In this document: positions 63,482 to 64,000 of the stretch, piece after piece | How positions within the stretch are numbered: position 1 is the first letter of the stretch | How the letters are laid out: each line of letters opens with the position of its first letter | From: an uncultured Acidobacteriota bacterium | Lineage (GTDB): Bacteria > Acidobacteriota > Vicinamibacteria > Vicinamibacterales > UBA2999 | Length of the DNA stretch: 64,000 nt | Direction: 5' to 3' | Assembly (NCBI GenBank): GCA_902826515.1 | Contig: CADEFD010000005.1 | Location: forward strand, 9,690 to 73,689 | The notes under the pieces: model-generated | What the model was told of the DNA's origin: nothing | Database searches by the model: none | Seen by the model: only the letters and a program-made list of their open reading frames with translations | Translations under genes and position numbers: made by a program

Positions 63482-63579
63482 CGGCGGGGCTCGGGTCCCG
63501 GGTCTCGGGGCCCGGGGACACCGCTCGGAGGCGGAGCACGGGACGCAGTCGCCCGGCGCCGCCGACACGTGGAGGACTC

Positions 63580-64000
<421 letters not shown>

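Overview
This is a high-GC (roughly 70% by eye) bacterial chromosomal segment that is densely coding on both strands. I call about 42 CDS. I found no rRNA, tRNA, CRISPR array, transposase or integrase. The gene content suggests an Acidobacteriota- or Gemmatimonadota-like soil lineage, but this is inference only. It includes tandem ADOP-type FtsX permeases, many signal-peptide amidohydrolases and peptidases, a TonB-dependent receptor, a CadC/TolB-type one-component regulator, an Asp-box (BNR) propeller protein and a BatA-like/DUF4159/MoxR cluster. The standout is a compact two-gene NRPS / PKS-NRPS assembly line on the minus strand (32455..44609). Its domain order is C-A-T followed by KS-AT-ACP-aminotransferase-C-A-T-TE. 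It has four unusual points. First, the TE nucleophile is Cys (GYCSA) instead of Ser. Second, an in-line aminotransferase domain sits in a PKS module that has no KR/DH/ER and is fed by a Ser-type NRPS module. Third, the AT specificity motif reads VAAH, which is neither of the two common forms. Fourth, the second A-domain specificity code is non-canonical. This assembly line lies downstream, on the same strand, of a membrane-anchored wHTH regulator and a secreted two-lobed retropepsin-like protease. It also runs head-on, with a 9-bp gap, into a five-gene oxidoreductase/permease/aminotransferase/hydrolase operon. Other notable items are listed in the findings. They include a perfect 27-bp-arm inverted repeat covering a divergent promoter region (48062..48131), recurrent TACAAT/TAGAAT -10-like motifs (some implying leaderless mRNAs), a VapBC module, a second TA-like module (small ORF plus minimal nucleotidyltransferase) with a palindromic operator, and an orphan secreted protein with two Cys-containing C-terminal repeats. 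Many very long ORFs in the six-frame track are GC-driven antisense or alternative-frame shadow ORFs, and I rejected them. All domain boundaries and start codons were derived by eye from the translations and are approximate.
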